From: Chrysomallon squamiferum
Taxonomy: Eukaryota > Animalia > Mollusca
Reading direction: 5' to 3'
DNA length: 64,000 bases
NCBI GenBank assembly: GCA_012295275.1
Contig: CM022673.1
Location: 2,852,001-2,916,000 of the forward strand
Shown: positions 26,083 through 40,895 of the stretch, one piece after another
Position numbering within the stretch: position 1 is the first letter of the stretch
Layout of the letters: each line of letters opens with the position of its first letter
Notes under the pieces: model-generated
Databases searched by the model: none
Seen by the model: the letters and a program-made list of their open reading frames with translations, nothing else
What the model was told of the DNA's origin: nothing
Program-made: the position numbers and the translations under genes

Positions 26083-27166
26083 AATTACTGAGTATTTAAA
26101 TTTTTATATTTTTTCAAAAAGATGTTTTCTACTAAATATAAAATAAAATAAAAACAGAAGAGGCAGAATGAAAGAGAAATGTAATGTAATAAGCAGTTTC
26201 AGTTATGAGTTAAAAAAATATGCATTTATTTAAATTTAAATTTTTTATTTATTTTGTGAATATTTCTTGTGTTTTTAGGTTTATAGTTGTCTTTTTCCTA
26301 AACAAGAATATTTTTAAAATGTCATTTTGTACTGTTTTGAGCTGCTTAATGCATTTGGAGTTAATCTCCATCATCTCAACTTTAAACAAAAACTTATAGC
26401 ACAAAAAATAAAAATAAAAAAAAAAATAAAAAAATAAAATAAAAATAAAAGAGAAACAGAAAATAAATTCTTGTAAAACAGGTAATCATTGAAGCAAACA
26501 TTTTAGGAATTTATTATAATTTTTTTGCTACATTGATTTCCTGTGTATTTTAAAATGTCATTTTATTTTTTTTTTTTTTTTTTTTTTTTTTCAGATTTTA
26601 TTTTATTATTATATTTCAAAATATAAAATTTAAAATTCTAATTTAATATTCCTTTAACAATTTACATTTTATCTTCTCCATTTGTTTCCAATTTCTTTCT
26701 CCAACTGGTAAATCTTTATCATTTTCTTGTTGTTTTTTTCCATTTTTATTTTTCCAATTGGTGAATTAAAACTTTCATACTATGTTTCTACAACATTTTT
26801 AACCACTTTTTTTTTTTTTAACAGTTTAACACCATTTTCATTAGGGAATGAGTTTTTAACAACAGAGATTACTCACTGAAATATTTGAAATTCTAGCCTG
26901 GCAGACTGTCATGATAGTCTAAGTGAGAACTGAAACCAACAAGATGTCTGAATCAGATGGGATAGGAAGTGTAAACTGAGGTGAAACATCTGTCATGGCC
27001 TCCCAGTAACCTGAGTCATCTCAACTACACTGATACATGAAAATGAGAAAATGAGAAAATGAGACAGTTCCTAATGTTCTGTTATTCATTACGCATTACC
27101 ATACAGAAGTCAAACTGTGATTTATATATGTAGGTATATAGGCCTATATGTATATATGTATGTATG

Positions 27167-27242
<76 letters not shown>

Positions 27243-27250
27243 TTATTATT

Positions 27251-27293
<43 letters not shown>

Positions 27294-29139
27294 ATAAAAA
27301 TAATTCTGTGAAATATACTAAGTCATCTTCATTGCAGGTATATGTCTAATTCATTGATATTATCTTTATCAGTACCTACACATTACCACACTTCAAGCAA
27401 ACCGTTATTCATGATTTTGTGTTAATAAAAAGAGAGTTATGGTTAATGACATTTTGGCATCCAAATCAAACTAAACACAATGCTAGTAAATTCACTGACT
27501 AGAAATACTGTTTTTCTTTTTCATTCAGCATTGAACAAAACTGTTATTTTTAGCTTAATATAAAAGGAAACAATTTAGAAAGAAACAGATTTATGTAATC
27601 GAGGTGCTGAAATATTGGTTCTGTTTTCTGTTATGCTTTATCAGGCCTAAACTGAATTTTCACAGAAAGCTTATTACGGGTTTATTAAAAGGATTAATGA
27701 CAAGTTAATCATAAGCCAAGTTATTTTTTGCAAACCAGACAATGTTTAGAGTAAAGATATTAGATTTGTTTTTCATCATACCTGAATTATGACATCCTTT
27801 ACTGTTAAAATGTGTCGAAACAGCAACAACATATATTTATATAATAATGATGATGATAATGGTGATGATAATTATGATAATTATGATGATGACAATAATA
27901 ATTATGATGAGATTGATGATAAAAGGATGTTCAAACAAAAATAATAAATTTGCTAAGTTGTTACTTGACTCTGTGAGAATATGTTGTATTTGTTTCTATC
28001 ATATTCAAATAAAGTTTTTCTTGAATTCTACAAGAAAGAAAACAAACATCATCTTGATATTTATCTGATGACTTGGAGCAATATAATTTTTGTTTGTTTG
28101 GTCTTGGTTTAACATTAACACGAAAACTGTTTAAAGTAGATTAAAGTTTAAGCCTCTTTATTGATTAGGTCTTTAAAATCAATTAAAAAAAAAATGAACA
28201 GAAAAATAAAAACAGAAAAACAAAAGGTGTAAATTACAAATGAAACAAAAATAAAAATTAAAATCCCCTGAAGGTATGTTGTAGGTTATTAACAAACCAT
28301 CTGAGAAAATATTTCATTTGTTGTTCATATTGACAAACAGATTTTCGCAAATTTCTGATAATGATAAAAAAAAATGTCCCAGTCAGTTTTTGTATCGACA
28401 GCTATTTCTTATGTAAACAAAAAACAAAGCAAGGCAAACACATAAAATTTGAAATATTGATAGGCTATTTCACACACAAATAATTAAAGTGAAACATCTG
28501 GAGAAAAAAAAAAAAGAAAGAGAAAAAGAAATGAGACAGACAAACAGAGAGGAAGAAAAAAGAAAGAATGGAAGTAACAAAAGTGATGTGCATATAGATG
28601 AAGAGCAGTCATATTGTGGCAAGGGAGATAACTCTTTCTTTTCAACAGAGTTGTCTTTCCTTTCATAGACTTGTTAAAGGAATGAAAAGCTTGATGATTA
28701 ATACATGATAGATCAGTAACCGACAGATAGAGACTCTGAAGGATCTTTTGACAGGCTTTTGAACCAGACATAAATTTCTATTTCAGAGCAATTTGATGGT
28801 TATGAAACTAACTGGAAATTATAAACAGCACAAATGAACGGAATGAACTTGAATCATCTATTACAACCGAAGAGCTGTATTTAAAATAATATTTACACAA
28901 AAAAAATATGTCTATACTCTGTATTACTGCTTTTACTCTGTAATGATTTTTCGATTATGCATCAAAACAAACACTGGCTTTTCAAGATCTGTGGTATGTC
29001 GCAGACTTACACAGCTAACTGGAAAAAGTGTTGCCCACTGTGATGTGGTAGCAGGCTTTTATCCATGTAAAACAAGCACGGAACAGTGGATTAAATATGC
29101 GTTAATTAAAACAGTTCTTTTTCTTTTTAAATAACAATC

Positions 29140-29540
29140 ATCAATTTGTGGATATACGATGTATCCTCTATGAGCAGATTATGGTACATCATCAGTTTAC
29201 TTATCATGTCGTATCATCAACTGTGGATCACAGTCTAACAAAGTTTGTGGATTGTGATTTAGCACCTAGTTGATTATGGCATGTTATCAACCTGTGGATT
29301 AGGGCCTAACATGCCTAATATCTAATTGTGGATTAGGGACTAATATGCATGAGATCAATTTGTGGATTATGGCCTATTATCAACTTGTTGATTTATGATC
29401 TCTAACATCAAATTGTGGATTATATTTTGTTATATTGTTTAGTATAGTAGATCATAAATGGTCTATCATCAACGTGTCTGTTATGGTATATCCTATCCTT
29501 TATGGTTCATCATCAGTCTGTTGATTATGGCCTGTATCAA
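29140..29540. repeat. Highly degenerate ~35-40-bp tandem array (atcaatttgtggattatggccta)
   Basis: The core tgtggatta/gattatgg recurs about 10 times. Confidence 0.75.
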
Positions 29541-30667
29541 TTAACAGGTTATTAACCTTTGAATAACCAGCAATTAAGCGCTATGAATATTTTAAAATAA
29601 ACAACAGATGTGACATGGTCTCTATTATCAATTATTCTCCAACAACCTTGGACTGCTGTAACAAGCAGCAACATTCAGTAATGTTAAACCTGATTGTTGT
29701 TGCATTAAAATTTTATTTTGCTAACAACAGATAAGAAACCAGCTACTGCTGCATGGACACTGTAATAGCCATTCATCACGAATGGTTAATTGGTTGTCAG
29801 AAGGTATTGCTTAAGTTTTACAACCAGTAATTTACACACATGGCCATGGCAATTATAAGCCTGAAGCTAGGGAAGGCGAATTAGTGAGAAAGGATGAAAT
29901 ATTTACAGTGCAATTATGCTGACATCTTGGTGTAATACTTATACACCGGTTAGTAAACTGGTCACAGCAAAATGAATAGAAATCTGAAAGTTTCACTCTC
30001 TGTTCTATAGAAGTGGTGAAAAGAATTAATAACAATGAAAACAGGAATTAATCCTTAAAAGTGTTTCAGAGTTTAAGATGCTTGTGTCACTTTTCACTAA
30101 TTTCAGTGATGATTTATAAATGTTCATTTTTCATCAACAATTTCAGAAATAAAGAATTAATGATATATACTTGAAATCAGCCAAATGTTTTGTACCTAAT
30201 CAGGCATTCAGTGGCATCATAGCAGCGTAACGAATTGGCCAGAGACACTCCTAGGGTAACCTTGAAATAATTATTTTAAATATAAAATTCCAAAGTTCAT
30301 TGTCCTTCGAGTAGAAAAAACATTCCAGTCATGCCAACGCAATATTTAACACAACATGACACAACTTGTCCAAGAGTTGCTGGTATCCACTGTAATTAGT
30401 GGGGGTAAAAATAATTACTTTCTTTTTTCTTGTATTAGTCAACCCTATAAATCAGAAGAGAGGAAATCTGTGAATAAATCTGTGTGACAGCTAAAATAGC
30501 CTACTGTGTTTGAAGATCTGATGAATCAGAAGTATCTAGAAAGAACTGAATCATGTTTTAGCAGTAACTGTAGATCAGTGCTTAGAAAGAATGAATCTAG
30601 ATGCATCATCTTTTTCGTATATAAAATCCAGAGACTACTAAAATAAAAATTAATCTACTAAATTTAC

Positions 30668-30844
30668 CTCTGTATCCACTGAAAAATCTACAAGTAAATT
30701 GCTCTCTGTTGCCCCTTTCCCTTCTTTTGTTGGGCTTGGTCCAAAAGGGTCGAAATCATCGCTGATTCCAGTGTTGGAGCTCGTTCCATTGGTTTCAGGG
30801 CTCTGAGGTTCCCCAAAATCCAAAAGTTGGTCGAACTGAGACAT
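30668..30844 (-). CDS. First coding exon of gene A (MSQFDQLLDFGEPQSPETNG...NLLVDFSVDTE, 59 aa); full exon 30668-30885 including 41 nt of 5'UTR
   Basis: On the minus strand the acceptor is ttgtcttccag|G at 30885. The ATG has the context ACCATG with an in-frame TGA two codons upstream. The donor GAG|gtaaat after 30668 is phase 0 and matches the phase-0 acceptor at 8957. Composition is protein-like and GC is higher than in the flanks. Confidence 0.85.
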
Positions 30845-31423
30845 GGTTCATTCAGTTCCAGCAGTTATAATCCAAACAGTGTATCCTGGAAGACAATAAC
30901 AATGATGATGATAATAAGGATAATGATTGTGATTTTGATGATGATGATACTACTGGTTGTGGTATCAGTAGTAATAATGACATTGAGTTGTATTGGTATT
31001 AGTTTTAGTAACAATAATAACACTTACAATAATTGTAACAACTACACTAATAATAATAAACAGTAAAAATAATAATAACCCAAAGTCATAGTAGTCATAT
31101 AAGTATAATAGTCATAACATAGATAAACTATGTAGCAGTAATGTAAAACAAAAACAATATTTTTACAATAAAAGTAATATTAGTACAGAAATTTCAGAAA
31201 ATGTGATCCACATTTACTGCCATAAAGGACAGTTTCAAGTCTGATTTTTACTAAACAGCCATCAACTAGAAGCCAAAAGATTTTCTCAATGACCCTGAAA
31301 GCTGATATATTATATGTCACAATAAAACTAAATCTGTTAAAAGAAAAACAATTGTTCAGTTCACAATTTCTGCTCAGATAATGATAGTCATATATATAAA
31401 AACACATACACACATGTGTACAG

Positions 31424-31473
<50 letters not shown>

Positions 31474-32192
31474 TCACTAATTCTCACAGACGCAGGTGCA
31501 ACCTACCTTATTAAAAGCAAAGCAAATGTTGATTTATCCGAAAACCATTTTTTTTAAATCCATATATAAATATATATTTATATATGAACATACATGTATA
31601 CTACATACCAGGACGGTGGTATGTATCTACAGTATTGCTCAGGACAGTGTAGCATATATCAGGGGTTTTTTCACAACAAGGACAATGACAAGTCACAGAT
31701 ATGGGTTATCTCATAGAATACATGGTTCATCAGCCACTCATAAGAAAGAGATTAACTACACACTAACAAAGAGGTGTATAAGAAAAACAAGTCCTTAAAT
31801 TTTCATACAGATTGGTTTTTGTAAGAAACATAAATCTTTTTTATTTGACAGTAATAATCTTGTAGTGCATTAGGGGTGGTATAACAAAACTGCACATACA
31901 GCTTAATATTTTTATTCATTAATGTGAGCCATTAGTTTACAATATTTTCTAAGATCATGTTTTAATGTTGAAGAAAGAACTATTTCCTGTGATTGGCTGG
32001 ATTACTAATGCCCATCATTTACATAAATATATCATACTTGTGTATGTGTCTGTATGGGATATGTATACATTAGTTATAGATACATAAACATAAATGTCAA
32101 GATAACTTTCTGGCTATTTGGGACTCAAGTACTTGTAAATAAATAACCAAATTAATTACATCCAGTAAATACAAACCCAAATAATAAATTAC

Positions 32193-32204
32193 AGTAGTAG
32201 TAGC

Positions 32205-32242
<38 letters not shown>

Positions 32243-32272
32243 TAGTAGTAGTAGTAGTAGTGGTAGTAGTAT

Positions 32273-32314
<42 letters not shown>

Positions 32315-32441
32315 TGGTAGTAGTAGTAGTAGTAGTAGTGGTGGTAGTAGTAGTGGTGGTAGTAGTAGTAGTAGTAGTTGTAGTAGTAGTGGTGGTAGTA
32401 GTAGTAGTTGTAGTAGTGGTGGTAGTAGCAGTGGTAGTAGC

Positions 32442-32476
<35 letters not shown>

Positions 32477-32517
32477 CAGTAGTAGTAGTAGTAGTAGTAG
32501 TGGTGGTAGTAGTAGTG

Positions 32518-32558
<41 letters not shown>

Positions 32559-32565
32559 AGTAGTA

Positions 32566-32604
<39 letters not shown>

Positions 32605-32608
32605 TAGC

Positions 32609-32641
<33 letters not shown>

Positions 32642-32647
32642 AGTAGC

Positions 32648-32680
<33 letters not shown>

Positions 32681-32910
32681 AGTAGCAGTAGTAGTAGTAG
32701 TAGTAGTAGTGGTGGTAGTAGTAGTGGTGGTAGTAGTAGTCGTAGTAGTAGTTGTAGTAGTAGTGGTGGTAGTAGTAGTAGTTGTAGTAGTGGTAGTAGT
32801 AGTGGTGGTAGTAGCAGTAGCAGTAGTAGTAGTAGTAGTAATAGTGGTACTGGTAGTAGAAGTGGTGGTATTAGTTGTAATACTAGTGGTATTAGTATTA
32901 GTAGTAGTGA
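32193..32910. repeat. (GTA/GTG)n trinucleotide microsatellite, ~700 bp
   Basis: Direct; it is the source of the poly-Val ORFs. Confidence 0.98.
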
Positions 32911-33204
32911 TAATTGTTAATTTACTTCATGAATTTTAAATCCATTCTTATAATTATAATCATAATTTTTTTTTACTTTTAGTTCCTTTTCAATAATAAC
33001 AACAGCAACAATAATAATAATTGTAATAATTAAAATAACAAAAACAATAACAACAATAATAAAATCAAGAATAAAAACCTAAAAATTAATTGACATAGTA
33101 AATAATATAATTATTATTATCATCATTATTTTTTTTCCACTAAAGCATTATGTTGATAAAACACTAAATCTGTTATGCGAAACAGAACACAATTAAAAAC
33201 TCAC

Positions 33205-33300
33205 AATATCTTGATAATGTTGCCTAGCCCCGTACACTAACCGGTTTTTACTACACATGTAGTTAACAAGTTTAAGTGACAATGAAGATACACATGTATC
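33205..33300 (-). other. Candidate alternative first exon of gene A
   Basis: Donor ATT|gtgagt at 33205/33204, local CpGs, and a DR1 element just upstream. The 5' end is approximate. Confidence 0.4.
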
Positions 33301-33317
33301 AGTTTTTGCCGGGGCTG

Positions 33318-33330
33318 GGGTCAAAGGTCA
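33318..33330 (+). promoter_or_regulatory. DR1 nuclear receptor response element (GGGTCA-A-AGGTCA)
   Basis: Exact match to RGGTCA-N-AGGTCA, the HNF4/RXR/COUP-TF type. Confidence 0.6.
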
Positions 33331-33551
33331 ACATTACATAGATGCCAACCAGTGGCACTTTCTTTCAAGTGGTGAAGATAAGCTGTTAGAACTGCTATTG
33401 CTGCTGGAAGCTGCTGGTTAGTTAATAATGTCACTTCACAGTGCAGCAGAATGAAACTGAAGGGTCACTTGTTTGTTTATTGTCCTTTATTATTATTATT
33501 ATTATAGTAGTAGTAGTAGTAATTTTAATTTATATATTTATATGAGTGTTG

Positions 33552-33586
<35 letters not shown>

Positions 33587-34344
33587 GTCTTAATTATTAT
33601 TATTACTTTTAATATGCATTTATAAGCCTTTGCAATTAAAGTTTAATTTATATGATTGTTGTTGTTATTATTATTATTGTTGTTGTTGTTGTCATTATTA
33701 TTATTATTGTCATAATTATTATTTAATAAGCATTTAGAAGCCTTTGCAGTTAGTTTAATATATATATATATTTATAAAAGGAATTTCCATCTATTCAGTT
33801 TTGATTATTATTATTATTATTTTTTACTTAATTAATATTTGTTTTATTTAATAGTTTTTTTTTTAAACATATTATTCTCTTTCTCTTTCTTTTACTATTT
33901 CTTTCTCTCCTTTTCTTGTAGCACATATACATTTTATATAAAGTTGTACATGTTTTTTTTTTGTTTTTTTTTTACGTCAGTGACTTTGTAATGCCATACA
34001 TATTTGGTGTACACAAAAAGACAATATAATTTTATTGCAGGGTATACTGAATTTCATCTGAAAAGTAGAAAACAAAGAGCAACTGTTTAGTCAGTGAGAT
34101 AATGTACATTTTTTTTGTTTATTATTTACATTTCTGGAAAACATAGCTAATTGGCTGAAAATAGAGGAGAAAATAAAAGATTATTTTTTTAAGCAACAGG
34201 AAGAATTCACATTCACAAACAAAATTTAAATAAGGTGCAGACAAATGTATCTAAACACACATAAAGACATACAGACACTCAAACACACATAAATACATGC
34301 TCAAACACACACAGATATACACATAAAGACATATTCATGCATCA

Positions 34345-34383
<39 letters not shown>

Positions 34384-34720
34384 TTAAAACAATTAAAGCT
34401 GTCTCTTGTATTAGATTACATTTATCAGGAATCTTGTTTACTTGTGGTTGAAATATGATCTGTTTACATACTGCTTAACTAATACCAGTGTTATACAATA
34501 TATATATATATATATATATTACACTGCAACATGTGAATACTGCTGATATTGAATAGTTTTGTGTTATACAGGACTATAATTAAAATATGCAAAGGAATTG
34601 TTTATTTGATGCACTAGATAATCAATGTTTGTATGTATCTGGGTTTGGGTATGCAATGTGCATGGTTGAGTATGTTGAGATATCCATCAATGTACATGAA
34701 TATCTTTATTATTTTAAATA

Positions 34721-34722
<2 letters not shown>

Positions 34723-34753
<31 letters not shown>

Positions 34754-34995
34754 CTGTGTCTATGCATGCATCTATGCAGGTATATATAAATGTATATATC
34801 TATGTATGTCTGTCTGTATGTATGTACATATGTATGTATATATGAATGCATATATGTATGTATGCATGTATGTATGTATGAATATACACATGCATGTAAG
34901 TGTCTGTATGTATTAATGTATGTATGTATGTATATATGTATGTATGTATGTATGTATGAATGAATGAATGAATGGATGTATGTATGTATGATATA

Positions 34996-35031
<36 letters not shown>

Positions 35032-35090
35032 TGTATGTATGTATATATGAATGTATGCATGCATGTATGTATGTATGTATGTTTGTATGC
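34723..35090. repeat. (TG)n and (ATGT)n compound microsatellite
   Basis: Direct. Confidence 0.95.
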
Positions 35091-36642
35091 ATGGTGTTTA
35101 TAAGCAGATATAAACATTTATGACTTTGTAAACTGTATTATGAAAATACTGACAACAGTGTAATTCAATTTTGTCTCAACTATTTACTTACTGTACGATC
35201 CAGCCAGGACTAAGACTGATTACTGACAACTCTGATATATATTAAAATAACTGTCAATCCACCGCCTTTGGAGAACGTTTGAGGCAGTCAAGTTAAAAGC
35301 AGGAGCGAAGTCTTTAAGTGAGCTGCTTACAGTAAACAGTGTTATAAACAGGACTCTTCAAGCTGTCAAACAAACACTGAAGTATTTGTGCCGAGTACGC
35401 TGCTAATGCTGACCCAGTATTTGAGATCATATTTTATAAATGTGACCCACATCAAATACAGATTTAATATATTTCAGACTCATATATTCAGTAAAGTGTT
35501 CAATAAAATGTTAATATGTATATGTATGTACCCAGGACCATCTGAATGGAATTCTTTTATCTGAAGTGCTCGTTGATAAGTTAGAAAAACATAATTTTCA
35601 CATGCATCTCACTTTATAAACAGACCACAAAACAAATCTAAGAGAATAAAGTAATTAATTTTGTAACATTTTTAGAAAAATAATAAACATAATAATACTA
35701 ATTAAACATCCATTCTTATATGTGCATCTAAACAACCTTATTTGTTTATGACTTTTTTATTTTTCTCTCATTTTCTCTTTCATTTTCTCTTTCACCATCT
35801 CCTTTTCCTTTTTTTTTTTTTTATCCTTTCCTCTTATCTTTCACTTGTATATCCCCATGTACATATACTCACATAACAAGAATGCAGTGATAAATTAAAT
35901 TATATACGTCGACTTTCAGAATGACAAAAATCATAATGTGATCCTACATCTGTTTCACATATTTCAAGATGAGAAGATTGCCAACTTTGTACACAGAGTT
36001 AAACAATTTTAGCTCAGTTACAACTTTAACCCTGTTTTCTTCTCATCAGCAAAAGTCAACGTAAACACTGGAGACACTCCTACAGAATTACTTATTTCTC
36101 TTCCTGTAGAAGATTTTATTTGTAACAGGAACTCCCAGTGCCCTCATAACATCCAGGACATTGCAACCCAAGCTGTTTTGTGTTGTTTATTTTGTGAAGA
36201 AGTTATGGAACTCTTCATGCAATACCATGCAAACTGTCTCAGCAACTGATATAATAACTGGAAACAGTTGAAACACCAATTTCCCAAATTAAGCAATACA
36301 GTTGTATAATTGCATCAGACAGGCAGTGGTATCATAATGGTTATACTGAAATCTGAAAGGGTCTAGGATCAATCCTTCTTTGTGTTCACAACTTTCAATA
36401 TCCAGTCAATCTCCCATAGTTAGTTCACCAAATGTTTAAGTGTTTTCTGTAAAAATTTCATGCTACTTTTATTAAAAAGTTGTAAGAAATTTGTATTATA
36501 TATACATATATCTTTTCTTTTTTTTTTTACATCACTTTGATATACATATCTCCATTATCATATGAAATACACATCATTATAATAACCTTTATTAATAATA
36601 AAATATATGGAACTATCATTAAACATTTATTACATATATCTA

Positions 36643-36677
<35 letters not shown>

Positions 36678-38043
36678 TCACATAGACACACACAATTCAA
36701 TTTTATTCTTTCTTTTAATGGATCATAATATATATTGCAGAAATTTGTTTTTAGAAATTTGCCCACGAAAGGCGTACCTGAATAATTATCCCACTGCACA
36801 CGTACAGAACAAAATGGAAGGTGCGCCTGTAACACCCGTACCTGACAACCTGTCTGACAAAGCAGGCTGAAAATACTGATGTGTTCACACACTCATTAAG
36901 AACATGTGTATCTCTGTGAATAGCTGTTGGCAAATTGTACTCAGAGAAAAGTAACTACAGGATATAAAATACTTAACAAGGTATCGCCACAGGTCTGTGG
37001 CATTCTCCTCAATCAATCAAATGGTAAATTTATTTTTCTTTCTGAATGGCTGTAAAGCTTCTGCACTTTAGTGGCAAGAAGTTAACAGCGATGTAGAGCA
37101 TGCAACTTAATTGTGTCCACTGTAACTTAAGACAATGGAGTGGTGTAATATGATAATGACTTGAAGGAATTCCTGTCTAGGTGTCTAGGTGTCTAGGTGT
37201 TCAGTTTCATTTTACCCTAGCAGTTTTCCTATCAGATATATGAAACGTTTGAACTGTAACAGTTAAGAAAAAAACAACAAAAACAAACAAACAACAAAAA
37301 ACCACAACCACTTAAAATGTTTCTTCTATTACAAAAGAATTATAAAACTGATTATATATGTTTGGTATCTAACAATCATTCAAATTAAAAATGTTTAAGG
37401 GTTAATTAAACACCAGTTCATTATTTTATTAATAAACTCAGACATATTCAGTTACAGTTTCAAAGTGTATCTTTTTTTTAATTTTTATATATGTTTTATA
37501 ATGTTATATATCAGACTGTCTCTATGAATATGTATCATTATGTAAGTACCTGTGTATGTCTGTATGTGTATGTGTATGTGTGTGTTACTTTGTATACCAG
37601 ACTCTCTGTATCTGCACTGATCTGTCTGTCTGTACGTGTATGCAGTCTGTGACACATCAAAGTTATCTATATAAATGTGTTCTTCATCTCCATTATAAGA
37701 ACATTCAGTTTGAGATAACTGACTGTCTGCATTAACGAGATATCACTGATTGTTATGCAGTAATAGCTGCAGTAAATTAAACATTTGAGTGTCTCTGACA
37801 GAAGCTATCTTAATTTCCTTCCACTTCATCAACATGGCCACATCTGTTTCTGACATTTCCTATGTACAAGTACAAACTGCACTGTAACAGAATATGTCTT
37901 AATTAAAACAGAGATAAATGTATTGTATCTTCTGTCACAATCAATAGGTATTGTAAAGAATTTCATGTATATCTTTCATCCATTTATTATACAATTTTAT
38001 CTTGCACCTTCTCATTATACCCATTAGTTAGTTAGCATATTTT

Positions 38044-38303
38044 GTACCATTCATTAAAAATATGTATTTTATACCCACTCATTAAACAATACATCTTGTA
38101 TCATTCACCCATTCATTAAACAATACATCTTGCATCATTCACCCATTCATTAAACAATAGATCTTGCATCCACTCATTAAACAATACACCTTGAATCTTC
38201 CACTCATTAAACAATACATCTTGTATCATTCATCCATTCATTAAACAATACATCTTGCATCATTCACCCATTCATTAAACAATACATCTTGTACCCATTC
38301 ATT
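38044..38303. repeat. Minisatellite, 26-34-bp units (cccattcattaaacaatacatcttgcatcattca)
   Basis: tcattaaacaata repeats ~7 times with long and short unit variants. Confidence 0.9.
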
Positions 38304-38973
38304 ATGTAATAAAAAGTACCCATATGTTTTATACTGGAAACCTAATTTGAGAAACTGATACAAAATTAATAATACTGCAACACTAACAGCCATAAATCAA
38401 ATAAGCTGAACACTGTAAAGTACAGCAAGGCAAATACAGATCAGCTGTTCTGCATCCACAAACCTTGGGGAGAAGCCATAAATAGTTTACACAGTTTATT
38501 TATAAGAACTGCATTTAACAAAATGGAAACCATATATGAATTAAATAAAGTTTTCACATTTGTGATTACACAAGTAATGCTTTATCCAAAAAAATAATAA
38601 TAAAAAGAGAAAAGAAATATAACGATACTGTTGGGTAATAGACAGACAATTTCTAATTCCATATCTATTTAATTTTAATTAAAAAAAAACAGAGAGACAG
38701 TACATTAAACTGAATACTACAACATCTGTGCAATACGTTGGATATGCAATACGGAAAACTGTTAAACACAAATAACCTTCAAATAAAAGCAAAACATAAA
38801 CCAGATGCATAAAACACTTTAACTACTAAACTTAAATACAGGCATATATATATATTTAGATAGTACAATAAATAAAGTATACACCAACATCTATGTAATA
38901 GATAAAACCAATAACCTGACTTAGAAAAGCATATGCCAAATAGGTAAAGCTGTTTAATTATCATTATTATCTC

Positions 38974-39036
<63 letters not shown>

Positions 39037-40841
39037 TAAGTTAAGTATGCAACAGCATCTATGCAATACAGAGCAATATAAATCAAGTGGGCAAGATGAT
39101 GTATATCAGTACTGGTTTCTGGAAACAGCTACCCATTGAGTTCACTATCTCTAGCACTGGATTTAATCTGACAATGGGAGCCAATTAGACAGCAAGATGG
39201 TAGTGGCTGAAGTAATGTGATAATAAAGAGGAAAACTAAATATCTGTGACTGATGAGCATTAGGCCACTTTGTCTCATTGTTAGCAGATAATAATACTCA
39301 GTAAAACAGTGAAGGACTTGTCAGAAAAAAAAGCGAAGGATATAAGCTGATACTTTCAGTGATCTGTTTTTAGACTCTCATAAAAATATCATTCACGTTG
39401 AAGAAACAAGAGCTCTCTGATTGGCTAGATTGGGAAATTTTCAAAAGTAGGACAAGATATTGTTAAGCATGCATGTGTTGGATGTATCCTATAGAACATT
39501 TTGTACCAAGTCTGTAATACTATGTTATAACATGAGGATAATACTAAAAAAGATTGGGTTAGTATGTTAAATGATTGTTGTAGTATGGCAGACAATGAGG
39601 TTAGTATGTTAGAATAGAGGATAAGAGAAGTTTCAGTACAGTTTTCACACATCTACATCAAGTAAAATTTCATTCAGTAATTCATTTACTGCTCTGCTTT
39701 TTCTTCTTACTTGTTTTCTTACATAAAACTGCACCTTTACAGTGTAAAACAAATTAGTTTATTTAGAATTATTTATTTTTATTAAAGGTTACTTGCCAGT
39801 AGTGTTATTTTCATATGAAATACTGAAGCATTCTCTGTTTCATTTCCTTTGTTAGATGACTTATAGCTATACATTTTTGCTGCACGTAATTAACTTTTCC
39901 TCTGCACTTGTTAGTTCAGTAATAAAACTATTTATTTCCTTACACAGTTCATTCATAGCTGTTGTTTCCTTACATATTTTCTGTATAGTGTTACAGCAAA
40001 CTAAATTTTTTTCTTCACTTTTATTTGTTTATTATATCTGCTTTACTTTTTTGATTATTTAATTTAATTTGTTTTTTTTAAATAAATTTGTTTTTTTAAT
40101 TTATTGGTTTACTTTAAACATTACCTCCAAAAACATTTTCTTATGAAATATTGCACCATTCAACCTTTAAAATTTTATTACGAAACAAAGCATTATTCAA
40201 ATTTCCTTTTTTAAAAAAATACACAACAGTTACTTCAAACAATCTAAAATACTCTCTGACATTAATTTTCTAACATCATTTTCCACATTAACTATTTACG
40301 TTCCATATTTCCTTACACATTTTCTTATGTAAAACAAAATTACAGCACAGTCTCAAATTCTATTTTTAAAAATCACACACATGATATTTTACCATCCTCT
40401 GGGTTTTTTTAACTTTTAAAACATTAACTCTCTTAATATCTGAGCAGTGATCTCATCAGTGAAATGTTGAGATGCCAGACACAGGCAGATGCACATAACA
40501 GAGTTATCTGCGAAATGCTGTGGGAAGCAGACCAGTAGGGGAGATGTTTGGCATACTTCAACCAGGTGCAGTGCATGTCACTGGGAACATAACTCATGTA
40601 TGTGGCATTGCCCAGTGTAACTATGAGTGTATGTCACGGGAGTGTCATAAACAGTCTTTATAGCCAGCAGTAAGGAGACTGCTATAAAAATAATGTCAAT
40701 GATGATAAACAGTTTAAAAGAGAGAAAAGGATGGAATGTGAATCAGGAAATTAATATAAATCAGATCAAAATCAAAATAAAATAAAACAACATATAAAAC
40801 AAATATAAAAAAAATAATAAAATAAAATATAATAAAATATA

Positions 40842-40895
<54 letters not shown>

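Noticed and set aside
30209-30392. CAGTGG...CCACTG ends suggesting a Harbinger-type MITE
   Set aside because: The inverted match is short and there is no clear target-site duplication.
7869-30844. Naming gene A (reticulon, MAP/tau, neurofilament or titin-like)
   Set aside because: Only low-complexity N-terminal sequence is visible and no diagnostic domain lies in the window.
32236-32939. Poly-Val ORFs
   Set aside because: Translation of a (GTA)n microsatellite.
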